This document shows, piece after piece, positions 1-11,200 of a DNA stretch of 36,486 nucleotides. The notes beneath the pieces are model-generated. The model saw only the letters and a list, made by a program, of their open reading frames with translations, ran no database searches and was not told where the DNA came from. The stretch comes from Caecitellus pseudoparvulus (lineage: Eukaryota; Protista; Bigyra: Bicosoecida). Position numbers and translations under genes: made by a program. Position 1 is the first letter of the stretch; each line of letters starts with the position of its first letter. The stretch spans positions 1-36,486 of the forward strand of contig CBFFRQ010000012.1 in assembly GCA_965644315.1 (NCBI GenBank). The letters run 5' to 3'.

Positions 1-570
1 AGATTTTCTGTCCCCCCCGTACACCCCTCCAACACCACTTCGTTCCCGTGTGCGGGGGGGGTGGGCACACCTTCCCGGGCGCGTCAGAAGTTGGAAAAAG
101 TCAAAATGACACTATTTCATGTGTACATTGTGTCAAACTCGTTTCACGCTGCGGGAGCCGCGGCGGGCCGCGCAATGGGAAGGGGTGGATTGGCGTGGTG
201 GCGACGGAGGGCAGGGTCGGGGGCCGAGGGAGGCAGACTGATCAAATTTTCTGGTCATTCTGGCGAAAGTCACAGAGGGGGCTAAGTTTCATGCTTAGAT
301 TCAGATTATTGCACTCACGCGTGATGGTTCGCCTTGCATAGCGCAGGAGAACGCCGCAAAGTGGGCCATTTTGGGCGCCAATTTCCGCCTCCACAGCCGG
401 GCGGCAAACTGCCTGCGCCAACTCCCTTGCACCGCAGCGCTGGCGCGTATGAAGGCGATTTACCGCCTTTGCATTGCATTTTAAGCGCCATGCACGATTC
501 ATTTGTCCGATGCAGCCCCCCCCCTTGACGGGCTGTCTTGGGCTGCCTTGGGCTGAGTGGCGAAGCCGTC

Positions 571-3500
571 TCACGTGTCCTCGCTGGCGCTGCGCTGCTT
601 GCCGACGGGGCCCTGCAGCGCCCAGTGGAAGCGGTAAGAAGCTTCCCCTGGCTTGCCCTTCGCGATCCAAGGCGCTTCGTGCACAACGGCCGGGCCAGCT
701 ACCACACCCCCCGTCACGAGCACCCACGGTTGCGCCTCGTCCTCCGGCGAGTGGTTTACCCGTGCCCACCCCTGCACCTCAGAAGGGCCCAGTTTCAGGT
801 GACGACACAAGAGGAGGGTCTCATCGGGCAGGTAACTGCGTGCATCGTCCCTCAGCGGCGCCAGGGCCACGGCTACGTCCACCAGTGTCCGCTCCATGAA
901 CCGCTTGCCGTCCCAGTGGATGATGCACATGACGTCGGCTGGCCCCGGCAATGGCAGCCAGTTGGTGTTGCCAGAGGGGTACCGCAGCCTCACGCCTGTG
1001 CAGAGCGTGAGGGGGGGGCGGTGTCCCGCTTCCTGTCCATCCACGACGTTGTCAGGCTTTAGTTGCACCCTGTACAACCTGCCCGAATGCCCCACCCGCC
1101 GCTCCCTCAACCACGCCAGGGCGCTCGCCCCTGCGACGAAGGACTGCGGGAAGGTCAGTGGCTCATCAGCGCTCCTGAATCGCGTCACGATCGGCCGCAT
1201 GGCCGTGCCCACCAAGTTCAGTGGCACCTCAGCGCCTGGGTCAGCAGCAGCCCCGGCACAGTCGCCGGCGACCAGGGAGCGAGAATGCAATAGGTTGTAC
1301 CAGGTCTCGGGGGAGGGAGTGTAGCCTGGCGGTTGACAGTACGGCGCGCAGCTCATGGCCTGCACGAGGCACACTCTCTCCGCCAGCTTGTAGAGGACAC
1401 CCTGCTTCCCGCGGTGCACTGTACGTAGCACACGGTTGATTCGAGTGTGCATGGTCTCGCCGTGGTCGGTATCCACCGCCTCCAGGCTACCGTACCAATG
1501 CATGTCCAGCGCCAGCTGCAGCGCAATGTGCAGCTTGGGGTACGTGAGGGGTAGAGCCTTCCGGCCAAGGGAGCGCAGCTCGTTGCTGACGAGCTGGAAC
1601 ACGGTGGCCACACGGGCCATCCACTGGGCCAGACGGCACGCGTCACCCCGCCCAGCCACTGCCCTGCCGTACGTGAAGCGCAGGACCACGCCCACGGCCC
1701 CATGCAGTGCGTTCAGCAGTTGGCGGACCTTGGGCGGCCCCACGACGGCGTCGTCCGTGCCCATCATCAGCGTCTGCCACCGAGTGAGCCCCAGCTTGTC
1801 CTCTGCTGTGACGGCGTTGCCGGCCGACAGCTTGACCGCCGTCTCCCGCCCCGCGCCGACAACCTGTACGCCGTCGATGCGGCGCGGACGCGGCTGCTGC
1901 ATGCGGTGCATGAAGGTCGCTTGGCGATCGTCCTGCGCCCCGAGGCCAGGCGCGAGCATCCCCTGCTCCAAAGCACCCCATGTCCGGTCCCCCACCACCC
2001 CGCTCCCCAGCACATGCAGCCTGTCTGCAGGGCAGGCCTCGTAGCCATTGCCCCCCACAAACAGCGTCGCATGGCGCTCAATGTCGCAGATATCCTCGAC
2101 GTCCTTCCACCTGATCGTGGCAAGGTCGGCCTCCGCCCGCGCCTTCACGACCGGATCGGCAGACGCCACGTCACGCAGCGCGTCGGCGTGGAAGGACGCC
2201 GAGCGCCGCGTGCAAGTCCCCAGCGCTGCCACGGTCTCGGCCATGTCGAGGGGCACGGCGTCGGCCAGCTCTTGCTGGCCTTTGCTGCGCCACGCCAGCG
2301 CGCACGAGCACCGTGGAGGCCTGCCGTGAACCGCATTGAGTAGCATCCATCTCTCAGCCGTGTCGGCGCAGATGGCGCCGATGAGCGGCCACACACGGGC
2401 AACGAACGAAGGCCCATCGACCCCCGCCCCCGGCTCAAGGACATCGACGCCAAGGTCCCGCAGAGCGCCGACTTGGTCGGCTGCTACCGGGATCCACAGG
2501 CCACCCTGAGCGTGGATCTCAGCAAGAGGCTCCAGCAGCACAGCGCGGAGCTGGGCCTGGTGTGCCTTGTACTTGGCGCGCTTCGCCTCCTCCGCGGTCC
2601 CTTTGAAGTCCATGTCTTTCAGCGGCATGAAGGCAAGGACTGCCGCTGACCCCAGGCTTCGGGCCTCTCGGGCACTAACTTGCATGGGCCGGACGCTCAG
2701 GGGCGTGATGGCCGTCTTCGGTTGGCGGAAAGGGTGGGCCTCGTCCATGAAGACGTTGATGACAAACGGCAGGGCGCGGTGTTGCAGAGCTGTCTGTGAC
2801 GCCGCATGAGCACACGGGCTTTCAGCGAAGCACGACACGGTGCCGTCTTGGGGTTCCTGGGCGCCTGCCATCGTGTGTGCCTGAAAGCGGCCATGCTTCG
2901 TGAACGGAGCGGCCAAGGCGGGGGTTTCGTCGTCGCTCAACCCAGGCCGGTGCCTTTGGAATGCTGCACGCGCAACCGCGTCGCAGTCTGCGAAGGCGGC
3001 CTCGAGCTTGCTCGCCAGCGCAGTCCCCATGGGCGTGTCAATTCCCGACGTGTGCATGGGGTCTGGGACGCCCCTTGTGGCCCGACGGGCGGGCAAGCAC
3101 TCAACAGGTATCCGAGCCAGCGAGTGGACAAGCCAATCCTTCAGCTTCACGCCGTGGATGGGCCAGGTGGCACGTGGCACTCCACGCCGGTCGCACACGC
3201 CGGCGGGCATCTTGGCGTGCACCACCCCCGGCATGCAGATGCCAGGCAACCCCTTGAGTGTCTCGACCAAGCGCTTCATCTTCCTCTGGGGCTGCATCGG
3301 CTTCCGTGCTCGAACCTTCGCCTGACAAGTGCTGCAGCTGGCTGTGTCTGCCATGCACTTCGACCAGAGATCGTGCTGCACTTTGAACACCGAGGCGGCA
3401 CTCGCATCGGTGGTCAGTATCGCCTCCAGCTCAGAGTTCCTCTTCCTCAGTGTCTCCAGCTCTTCCGAGAGCAAGCCCACGCGTGCCCGCAGCACCTCAG

Positions 3501-3945
3501 TGGCTGAGTGAGTGTCGGCTGGTAGAGCAGCCGGCTCGCCTGCCTCTCCCGCTGCCTCTCCCGCCTGAGCGTCTCCCCCGCTGGCCGCAAGCCCAGCAGG
3601 CAGGGTCTCCGTGGCGTCGGCCCCGAACTCGTCCGCCCCATCACTCTCGCTTTCCTCGGTCTCATAGTACTCGCTGTCTGCGTCCTCCTGGACAGGTGCT
3701 TGCGCAGCCCCAGCGTCCCCACGCGGGTGCTTCCGATGTGAAGCAAGTGTATGCTCGTAGACATCCTCCCAGATGCCGGGCGCAGGGCTGCCCCCGTCCT
3801 CAGAGTGCTTCGCAAACTTGGCCTCAAATTCGCGCCTACGCTTTCTCCTTCTGGCGTGGGTCACCTGTTGGCACTGCCTCTGAAAGTGACGGGTCAAGCC
3901 TGATTGGGTTGAGAACGTCCGCTTGCACACAGTGCACGTGAACAT
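571..3945 (-). CDS. Plavaka/CMC-family transposase with N-terminal C2H2 zinc finger (~1124 aa from ATG 3945)
   Basis: CTVCKRTFSTQSGLTRHFQRQC zinc finger. Core motifs VINVFMDE, PLIGAICADTAE...C-x-C, CPADRLHVLGSGV and YPKLH...WYGSLEAVDTDHGETMH match the D..D..DxxH..PKxH..E pattern of Plavaka/EnSpm-like transposases. Confidence 0.78.
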   Translation of the reverse strand: MFTCTVCKRTFSTQSGLTRHFQRQCQQVTHARRRKRRREFEAKFAKHSEDGGSPAPGIWEDVYEHTLASHRKHPRGDAGAAQAPVQEDADSEYYETEESESDGADEFGADATETLPAGLAASGGDAQAGEAAGEAGEPAALPADTHSATEVLRARVGLLSEELETLRKRNSELEAILTTDASAASVFKVQHDLWSKCMADTASCSTCQAKVRARKPMQPQRKMKRLVETLKGLPGICMPGVVHAKMPAGVCDRRGVPRATWPIHGVKLKDWLVHSLARIPVECLPARRATRGVPDPMHTSGIDTPMGTALASKLEAAFADCDAVARAAFQRHRPGLSDDETPALAAPFTKHGRFQAHTMAGAQEPQDGTVSCFAESPCAHAASQTALQHRALPFVINVFMDEAHPFRQPKTAITPLSVRPMQVSAREARSLGSAAVLAFMPLKDMDFKGTAEEAKRAKYKAHQAQLRAVLLEPLAEIHAQGGLWIPVAADQVGALRDLGVDVLEPGAGVDGPSFVARVWPLIGAICADTAERWMLLNAVHGRPPRCSCALAWRSKGQQELADAVPLDMAETVAALGTCTRRSASFHADALRDVASADPVVKARAEADLATIRWKDVEDICDIERHATLFVGGNGYEACPADRLHVLGSGVVGDRTWGALEQGMLAPGLGAQDDRQATFMHRMQQPRPRRIDGVQVVGAGRETAVKLSAGNAVTAEDKLGLTRWQTLMMGTDDAVVGPPKVRQLLNALHGAVGVVLRFTYGRAVAGRGDACRLAQWMARVATVFQLVSNELRSLGRKALPLTYPKLHIALQLALDMHWYGSLEAVDTDHGETMHTRINRVLRTVHRGKQGVLYKLAERVCLVQAMSCAPYCQPPGYTPSPETWYNLLHSRSLVAGDCAGAAADPGAEVPLNLVGTAMRPIVTRFRSADEPLTFPQSFVAGASALAWLRERRVGHSGRLYRVQLKPDNVVDGQEAGHRPPLTLCTGVRLRYPSGNTNWLPLPGPADVMCIIHWDGKRFMERTLVDVAVALAPLRDDARSYLPDETLLLCRHLKLGPSEVQGWARVNHSPEDEAQPWVLVTGGVVAGPAVVHEAPWIAKGKPGEASYRFHWALQGPVGKQRSASEDT

Positions 3946-4352
3946 CGTGGGTGTGGGATGCTGCTTGGCAGGGCCTGGTCCGGAGGGAGAGCTCGAGTTG
4001 CGTTTCAGTATCTGAAACGTGCCTAGGGGGCACACCAATCCGGACTTCACAACGCAACCAACACCACCGCGGCGGCAAGAAGCACACCTGCGCTAGTGGT
4101 TGATGTGCATTCGATCCCTAGCGTTTGTGAAAAGTCCCCCTGTAAGCCTGGAACGCGAGGGATACAAGGAAGCTTGCTGCGTTTTCCCTTGAGAGGGGGT
4201 GCAGGGGGGTGCAAGGGGGAGGGGGGTGCCTCACGCTGCTCTGTAAGCCAGCAAGGCGCAAAGGCACATTCCAGTCCCCCCCCCCTCTGTTAGTCACTTG
4301 CTCTTCTCGGCCACCTTCAGCTCTCAAGCACCCGTCTCCCCACCCAGACACC

Positions 4353-4724
4353 ATGGCTCAGCAACGCAGCGAAGTCAGCACGAGCTCAGTGCCTCAAGCC
4401 ACCGCCGCCGAGCATGACTCTGCAAAGCGAGCGTTCCAGGGCGTGCATGCGCATCTTCAAAGGATTGCCTTTGAAAAGGGCAAGCCCTTGCCCATCCCGG
4501 AGCGCAAGGTTTGGTTGGCGGGCGCCAGCAACGCAAATGGTGTGCTGCGCTGTGAAACGCTTCCCCACCACGCGCGCACAAAAGCACCAGTGCTTACCGC
4601 CCAGTCCTTGCCCGCGCCGCAGAAGAGTTCCTTCGCGCAGAAGTGCTGGGCCAGCTTGCTAAGCCGCCGCATGAATTGGACATGCCCGGTGGTGGTGGTG
4701 CGTGACATACCAACGCGAGACTAG
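4353..4724 (+). CDS. Hypothetical protein (123 aa), possibly the first exon or part of the next ORF
   Basis: ATG in ACACCATGG context, divergent from the transposase. Its TAG stop is 1 nt before the ATG of the next ORF. Confidence 0.35.
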   Translation: MAQQRSEVSTSSVPQATAAEHDSAKRAFQGVHAHLQRIAFEKGKPLPIPERKVWLAGASNANGVLRCETLPHHARTKAPVLTAQSLPAPQKSSFAQKCWASLLSRRMNWTCPVVVVRDIPTRD

Positions 4725-4725
4725 G

Positions 4726-6426
4726 ATGGCGTTCCCACCAGCCTTTGCCCGTGTCGAGGCGTGCGGCTTCAACGCAACACCGCCTGAGTTTACACGCGAT
4801 CTGTGCCCCCTTTCCGCAGCAGACCACTCCAGTGGAGAGGCCAGGAGCTTCCTTGCCGCGGCCGTCCTGCCCCGCGTTCCCAACGCGGCAGCCCTCGAGG
4901 CTCCAAGCCTGACCGACAGGGTGATAGCGGCACAGGCGAGCTTGGCGTTGGATCGGGCGCTGATCTACCAACTGTACGTGTTGTACCTGTACAGTGTGAA
5001 GGAGAGGGCCCAGATGCAAGCTCAGATCAGGGAGCTGCAGGGCGCACTTGACAAGAACGGCAAGTCCAGTCGGAATTCTCCGAGTGTCCAGTACAGCCGT
5101 CTGTCCATGTCCAATCACATGGACGCCATCGGCAGGCAGAGGCTCCCTGGACAGGGTTCGTGGACGTTTGCACAATTAAAGGCAGGGTCGGGGTGGGGGG
5201 TGCCGCCGACTACTCTCACACTCATGTGCACCAACGCAGCCCTCCGGGTACCGGAAGGGCCACTTGGCTCCCCTGACGATGTCTACGAAACGCTGATAGC
5301 GGACGCCGACCTTGAAACGCCGGAGCTAGACTTCCCTCTGGCCTTCATGCACGGCATGCCCAACGCACTGGAACAGGCGCTGTCAATCCAGCTGGCAGAT
5401 GGCGCTGATCCCTGGGACGACGCCAAAGACCTGATGCGACAGGCAGACCCCGGGCAGGTGCGCGAGGCGTGCAAGAAGCTGCGCGATGCAGTGTCGCGGC
5501 TCTTCCAACCCAGCGCACTGTCCAAGGACGAAGCCTTTATGGAGGCGGTGTCTGTGCTCTGCCCCGCCAGGGAGGCGGAGGTCCTGGTCTGCACGCGACA
5601 CAGAAAGCAGCCGGCCCACGACGCATTCCTTGACATCAGCTCGCGCTTGGACGGCACGGGGCAAGCTGCCCAGGATGCTCTGCGCTACCTGACTTGGGCG
5701 GATCGAGGGCGCAACGTGCTCTCGATGGAGGAAGTGCGCCGCAGGCAAACTGCGCGCTTTGCTGCGGTGCGCGACTTTGCCACACCGGACGCCCCGTTTG
5801 ACTGCGCCACGCTCGTGGCAGTCTCCTTGGAGCAGGAGTTGCGCAGGGGGCTCGCCAAGGACGCGGGTGTGTCCGTGAGGCGCCAGGACGTCGTCACAGC
5901 GGCGGCACTGGGGGCGCTGTATGAAGCTGCGGTGCATCTGGTGGACACGGTGCGCAACCAAGCGTACAGCTTTGTACGCAGCACACCGCCGTTCCCTCAC
6001 ACGTGCGAGTGGCACAAGCTCTCCGCCGCCCAGCTGTACACTATCGGCGCCGTGCTCGGGCCATTGTGGACCTTCTTGCGCGGGGAGGAGGCCAGCGCCT
6101 CCACATGGGGCTTCGTCACCCGGGCCTTCCGCGCTACACTTGTGAGGGATGCCCGTGAGCGTTCGAAGCTGGCCCAAGCATGTGCCAAGGAAGCGCTTGC
6201 GCAGCACCCCGTGGTCAGCACTGACGGCAGTGCCGAGCTGGGCCCCTGCCCGGGCCAGGGATCGGATTCAGGCTCGGGTTCAGGTTCCGAGTCTGAGCAT
6301 GAGCCTGGTGCCGAAGCTTCCGGTGTGCTCGGAGACGGCGGGGCGGTGCTGGGATGCGGAAGGTCCCGCGGCACAAAGCGCCCGCGCGGCGACGCAACGC
6401 CCCCGAGAAACATGTCGTTGGAATGA
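4726..6426 (+). CDS. Hypothetical helical protein (566 aa), probable transposon accessory ORF
   Basis: Long ORF with protein-like composition, a coiled-coil-like stretch (KERAQMQAQIRELQGAL) and an NLS-like C-terminus (RSRGTKRPR). No family recognised. Confidence 0.6.
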   Translation: MAFPPAFARVEACGFNATPPEFTRDLCPLSAADHSSGEARSFLAAAVLPRVPNAAALEAPSLTDRVIAAQASLALDRALIYQLYVLYLYSVKERAQMQAQIRELQGALDKNGKSSRNSPSVQYSRLSMSNHMDAIGRQRLPGQGSWTFAQLKAGSGWGVPPTTLTLMCTNAALRVPEGPLGSPDDVYETLIADADLETPELDFPLAFMHGMPNALEQALSIQLADGADPWDDAKDLMRQADPGQVREACKKLRDAVSRLFQPSALSKDEAFMEAVSVLCPAREAEVLVCTRHRKQPAHDAFLDISSRLDGTGQAAQDALRYLTWADRGRNVLSMEEVRRRQTARFAAVRDFATPDAPFDCATLVAVSLEQELRRGLAKDAGVSVRRQDVVTAAALGALYEAAVHLVDTVRNQAYSFVRSTPPFPHTCEWHKLSAAQLYTIGAVLGPLWTFLRGEEASASTWGFVTRAFRATLVRDARERSKLAQACAKEALAQHPVVSTDGSAELGPCPGQGSDSGSGSGSESEHEPGAEASGVLGDGGAVLGCGRSRGTKRPRGDATPPRNMSLE

Positions 6427-8092
6427 TGATAAGTACCCTCGGTACAGGGCATCCATATCGTGTGCGTATGCCTGCTCTGAGGCTGGTGACACCGCAACAC
6501 CACCCATATCCCCACCGCACGCCCGTCAGCGCAATGCAAGCTCTTCCGGCGTGCCAGCGTTCGCTTGCGTGCAACACCCCCAGCTTGGCGCTGAGGAACA
6601 GCTGCACCCCTGTGGCCCATGCAACCACCACACCACTGGAAGCGCACCCCGCCTGGCCCTTTGCCCGTGTGACAAGGAAGCAGCGGACCAGCATCAGAAG
6701 AACCCACCCCCCCCCCCCCTCCCCCCGTCCGCATAGGGACACTTTCTAATCCCAGCGCAAATCTGAACGGTGCAAGTCAAGTCCCCATGGTAGCGTACGT
6801 TTGCACATGGCCTTAGCCTCGGCCTGCCTGTCGCTGCACGAGTACACAGAAGTGAGCGGCGCACAGCTTGCGTGCCGGGCGTTTCGCCTGCAACGGCATG
6901 GGACATGTCACCTCCTCCGCTCCCGCCTGTCGCCCTCTCCTGCGCAGTGAGCCGGATAGTGTCGTGAAGAGCTGTACACCTCATGGCCTGCAGACGCCAT
7001 CGCAGGCTGCAGGTTCGTGCAGGGGCCTAGCACGCGGGTTCAGCATTGGCGTTGCAAAGCCGAGTCACACACAGACCCCTCTGCGTGCAGGCGCCCCCCC
7101 ACCCGAGCTCCCCCTGCCAGAGCATGCCCTTTCGAGAAACTTGACCTTGTTGCATCGCGGACTGTGCTCCATGGATGGCTTCAGCGGTGCGTTGGGACAG
7201 GGGTAGCACCCGCCTATGCGCGGCGTTTGCGCGAAACGCCGTGTCATGTTCCAAGGCACCCCCGCACACTCGTGCCAGCCCCAGCGCCGCAGAAAAGACA
7301 CCATTGATATGATGTTTGTCGGTACCTATTGAAAGCGCGGCAGTTTCTTGTGAGGGTGGGTGGGACTGCATGCGCCGGGCGCTGGTGCTGCCTGCCTCCA
7401 ACGCCACCCCTCTGCGCAGGCGAACTCCCTCACCCGCGACGCACACACACCACCCCTCTGGCCATTCGCAGGGCCCACTTGGATGATCCAAGTATCTCCC
7501 TGAATGCCGCATACTGTACTGGGATGGCCTGAGCGGTGCGTGGCCGTCATGCGCTCGTCCCCATGCCTGGCGTTGCAGCCGGTGCCTGGCACTCCCACAC
7601 CATCACCCGAGCCACTGCCGCCCCTTCACAGGAATGGAAGACCCGGCAACCTGATCATGAGGGGCAAGTCCCACCACGGTGCCAGCCAAAATGGGGTGAG
7701 TGCGAGGGGCTGCTGCGCTGGTGCCTTGTGCAGGGAGCGGCTACGTCGTGACTGCTGGTGTCAAGGTACAGAGCCACGCGAGCCTCCTCCCCCCACCTGC
7801 GCAGGCCTTCCGGTACGCGATGCTGCAGAATAACTGGTGTACCACCCTGAATGACTTGGAGAGGCTCCCCACAGTGCTTGGCGGACTGAGAGGTGCGCGG
7901 CGGCAGAGGCGGGCGGCGGCAAAGGCGCGTGGCCTGAGGCGTGAGTGCTCCGAGGCGGGTGCCGTGGACGCAGGGCATGCATTGCAGTGCGCGACACCGC
8001 CTGGTGACAGTTTGATGGCCAGCGCGAGCTGCAAGGTGCCGTAGACCCCCCCCTGCCTGCAATGCACAGCCTGCTACCAGTTCGCCTGGGTA

Positions 8093-8222
8093 CCCCCAAA
8101 GTGGGTGTTTGCACCACCCCCCCCCAAAGTGGGTGTCTGCCCCCCCCCCCCAAAAAGGAGTTTGCCCCACCCCCCTATACCCCTTCGAGGGCAACCCCCC
8201 AAAGGCATGTCGCCCCCCCCCC
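8093..8222. repeat. C-rich subterminal direct repeats (CCCCCAAAGTGGGTGTYTGC x2 plus two degenerate copies)
   Basis: Seen directly: cccccaaagtgggtgtttgc, cccccaaagtgggtgtctgc, cccccaaaaaggagtttgc, ccccccaaaggcatgtcgc. Confidence 0.75.
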
Positions 8223-8246
8223 GAAAATCTCACGACGGAAGTGGGC

Positions 8247-11200
8247 GCCCCACTGTTCCTGCAAGCTACGCCACCAGCTGTCCAGGTCGGACATGCAAGC
8301 AGCAACAACACCGTGAATGTGACACTGCAAGGGCGGTACTTGGGCCATAACGCGAGTGCTGTGTCCAGCCTCTTCATCGCAGGGCAGGGGTGTCCAGGAC
8401 TCGTGTGGAACCGGCCAACGCCGCATGTGTGGAGCTTGACATGTGTCGGCTTGCCTGTCGCGGGGCTGAGTACCTCAGCGCCCCCAATCGCTATCACGGC
8501 ATTCGGCGAGTCATTCACACAGCTAGATGTGCTCAAGATCGTGCCCCCGCCTGATATGTCTCCCCTGCGAATTATTTCGAGCGGTCCAGGCAGCACAGAG
8601 CATGAACAGGCCATCACGATTCGCGGCAGTGGCATCGGAGCAGTGGGATCAGATGTGTTGCATGTGGAAGTGAGTGACTGGGGAGCCTGCCATAGTGTGT
8701 TCTGGGTGGACAGCAGCGAAGTCAGCTGCATGGCACCTGCAGGAGCAGGCAACGCTGAGCCCGTTCGGGTCTTCCTCGCAGGCGGGCACGTCCTGCACGG
8801 ACAGTTTCAGTACGCCGCTCCATCAGTCCACTCTATTTGGCCGAACACACTCCTGCCCTGGAAGGCTAATCACCCTGGCGGGATCGTCACTATGCAGCTT
8901 TGCACGGATGGCACACGCTGGTCTCCTCCTGGCAGGCTGCTGACGGCATCCGACGTCGCCATCCAGGTCGCCGGGGCCCCATGTGTTTTCCAGGCCCAGT
9001 TGAACGCCACTTGCTTGAGCTGCTGGGTGGACACCGCAGCTGTGGTTCCTGGAGCAGCCTCGTCTGTCTATGTCCGTTGCGCCCAGGCCAGTTTCGCTCC
9101 AGGCGTGGGTGTGCAGGTCCTGAGCCTGCCACAAGTGTCTGCAGTGGTCCCCCCGCTCGTCTCCGCGGCTGGAGGGCAGGTTTTAGAGGTGCTCGGCATC
9201 GGTTTCTGTCGCAACTCATCCGGTGATGTGGAATCAGTTCGTATTGGCTCCCAAGCGGCTGCAGTGCGCAGCTGCACCTCTACCAGCGTGTCAGTGACCG
9301 TGCCTCGTCCCCCAGCAAGCGTACAGACAGCAAGTGTGAGCATCACACTCGTATCCGGCCATTCCGCCTTCCTGCAAGATGCTCTGCAGTTCTCCCATCC
9401 CGAAGTGCTGACTGTACTGGGCGGACTGGTGCAGCCGGCGCCTCAAGGCGGCCAGCAGATCAGGAATGTCTCAGTCACAGGCCTGGCCTTGGATGACGGG
9501 CCAAGGAGCCTTGCTCGCCTGCTGTTTGGCAGTGCGCCAGGTTTATCTTGTGCCCAGGCAGGTGGGGAGCTGGTGTTCACATCCACCCGCAGTTTGGAGT
9601 GTCGTGGGTTCCACACGGCTGCTTTAGCGCCACTCGCATCGGGGCGCATGGCTGACACGACCATCACGATCCAAACCGCACAGAACTTGACGGCTAAGTC
9701 TTCCCTCGGCACGTTGCGCATCATGGGGCCACCGCGGATCTCTGAGCTCTCCTCTTCGAGTGCAGCTGTCAATGACACGCTCACAGTGACGGGCTCGGGG
9801 TTCGGCCTGACACACTCGGACATTGCAGCTGTTCGGATCGGCGCTCGGCAAGTCACAACGTTCACACGAGGTAGTGACAGCATTGTCACCCTGCGTGTGC
9901 CAGAGCCAGCGTCTGACGAGCTTGCTGATGTCTTCAGCCTCGATATCGCCATTTCTTTGGCAAGTGGCCACACAGCTGTGCTCCCGCGTTCATTCTCGTA
10001 CACCTTGGCCCCCAGAGCGCCGGTGTCAGCCCCGACTGCTGTGTGCCCGTACAGGGACGAGGCTGGCGCGGCACGCGTGGCATTCAACTGGATCGATGAT
10101 GCCGCCACACTGCTATCCCCTGTTGGCGCCTGGCATGTCTCCTTCGGAGTGATTCTTCATGGTGGGCTCATCTCGCGTGTCAATGCTTCCACCCGCCTTG
10201 TTTCCCTGGCTGGCGGCGCGGCAGGGGACATCCTGCGCAACGTGGACACTCCAAGGGTATGCCGGGGTTTGACAGAGCAGCCCAGCGCCCTGGACTTCTC
10301 AGTGCGCGTTGCCGATGCACCTGCACAGCCGTTTTGGGTTGCAGTTGCGGCTGGAGTGCTGGGAGAGTCTGCAGGGCGAGTGCTTCGAGGACCTCTCAGC
10401 ACCCAAGTTGGGCCGTTGCTTCCTGCTTGTGGCGCTGCAGAGTACCTTGCGACATACGAGCTGGGCGAAGGGCGCTGGCCGCAAGTCACCTGCAGACCAT
10501 GCCCACAAGGCGCTGTGTGCAATGGAGCTGAGTGGGAGCGAGTGCTCGCTGCGTCTGGCTGGTTCAGGATTCCGTGGAGGGAGCCGGACATCAGCTTCGA
10601 GGCTTGTGTGTCGGAGGACGTTTGCCCGGGAGAGTCGCAGAGCCCCGTTCAAGTGCCGTCTAGGCACTACACATCCTCGGCATTTCAAGCGCTACCTGGC
10701 TTGGGAGCTGCGGCCCTGAACACAACGGCAGCTGGGAACAGTTCGAGCGTATTTTCCAGTCACCTGCAGTCTTCCTGCGAAGCCAGTCGCACAGGGCCGC
10801 TTTGTGCAGCCTGTGCGGAAGGATACACTGGGCAGGGTGACGGCAGCCAGCCATGCACCCGCTGTGCCCCGACATGGTTGAACTGGCTTGGCGTTGTGGG
10901 GGGCGTCACCGTGGCTGGAGTGCTGGTCGCCGCGCTGACTCGAAGCGCTCTTGCGTCTGGGGGAGCGCCCACCAAAGCACATGTGGCTCTGAACAAGGTA
11001 CTACTCACACACCTGCAGCAGGTGGGCATCGCTGCCGCCTTTCCGTTGGCCTGGCCGTCTGAGCTTCGCGGCATGTTCAGTGTGTTTGACGCTGCCAGCA
11101 GTGTAGGCGACGCGCTCATCAGCGTGGACTGCTTGGGTCTGGACTCCACGAGCGCCTTTCGGGGCACGCAAATCCTCACGCTTCTTTTGCCTGTCGTACT

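Larger units (their letters stand above)
1..8245 (-). mobile_element. Putative Plavaka/CMC (CACTA-like) DNA transposon; left end probably lies just outside the window
   Basis: Contains the transposase ORF. C-rich repeats at 8093-8222 are followed by GAAAATCTCACGACGGAAGTGGG (8223-8245); its inner part 8221-8230 reverse-complements to AGATTTTCGG, matching window bases 1-10 (AGATTTTCTG) at 9/10. Host-like coding sequence starts right after 8245. Boundaries are inferred. Confidence 0.45.

Noticed and set aside
3946-4050. 35-aa N-terminal extension of the transposase ORF
   Set aside because: Begins at GTG; the ATG at 3945 directly before the zinc finger is the more plausible eukaryotic start.
6430-8050. 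Possible further gene(s) in the right part of the transposon
   Set aside because: Only short ORFs with no recognisable motif; a call cannot be supported without transcript data.
8109-8246. Pro-rich N-terminus of the 1397-aa ORF
   Set aside because: TTG start and translation of C-rich repeats; unlikely to be the real protein start.
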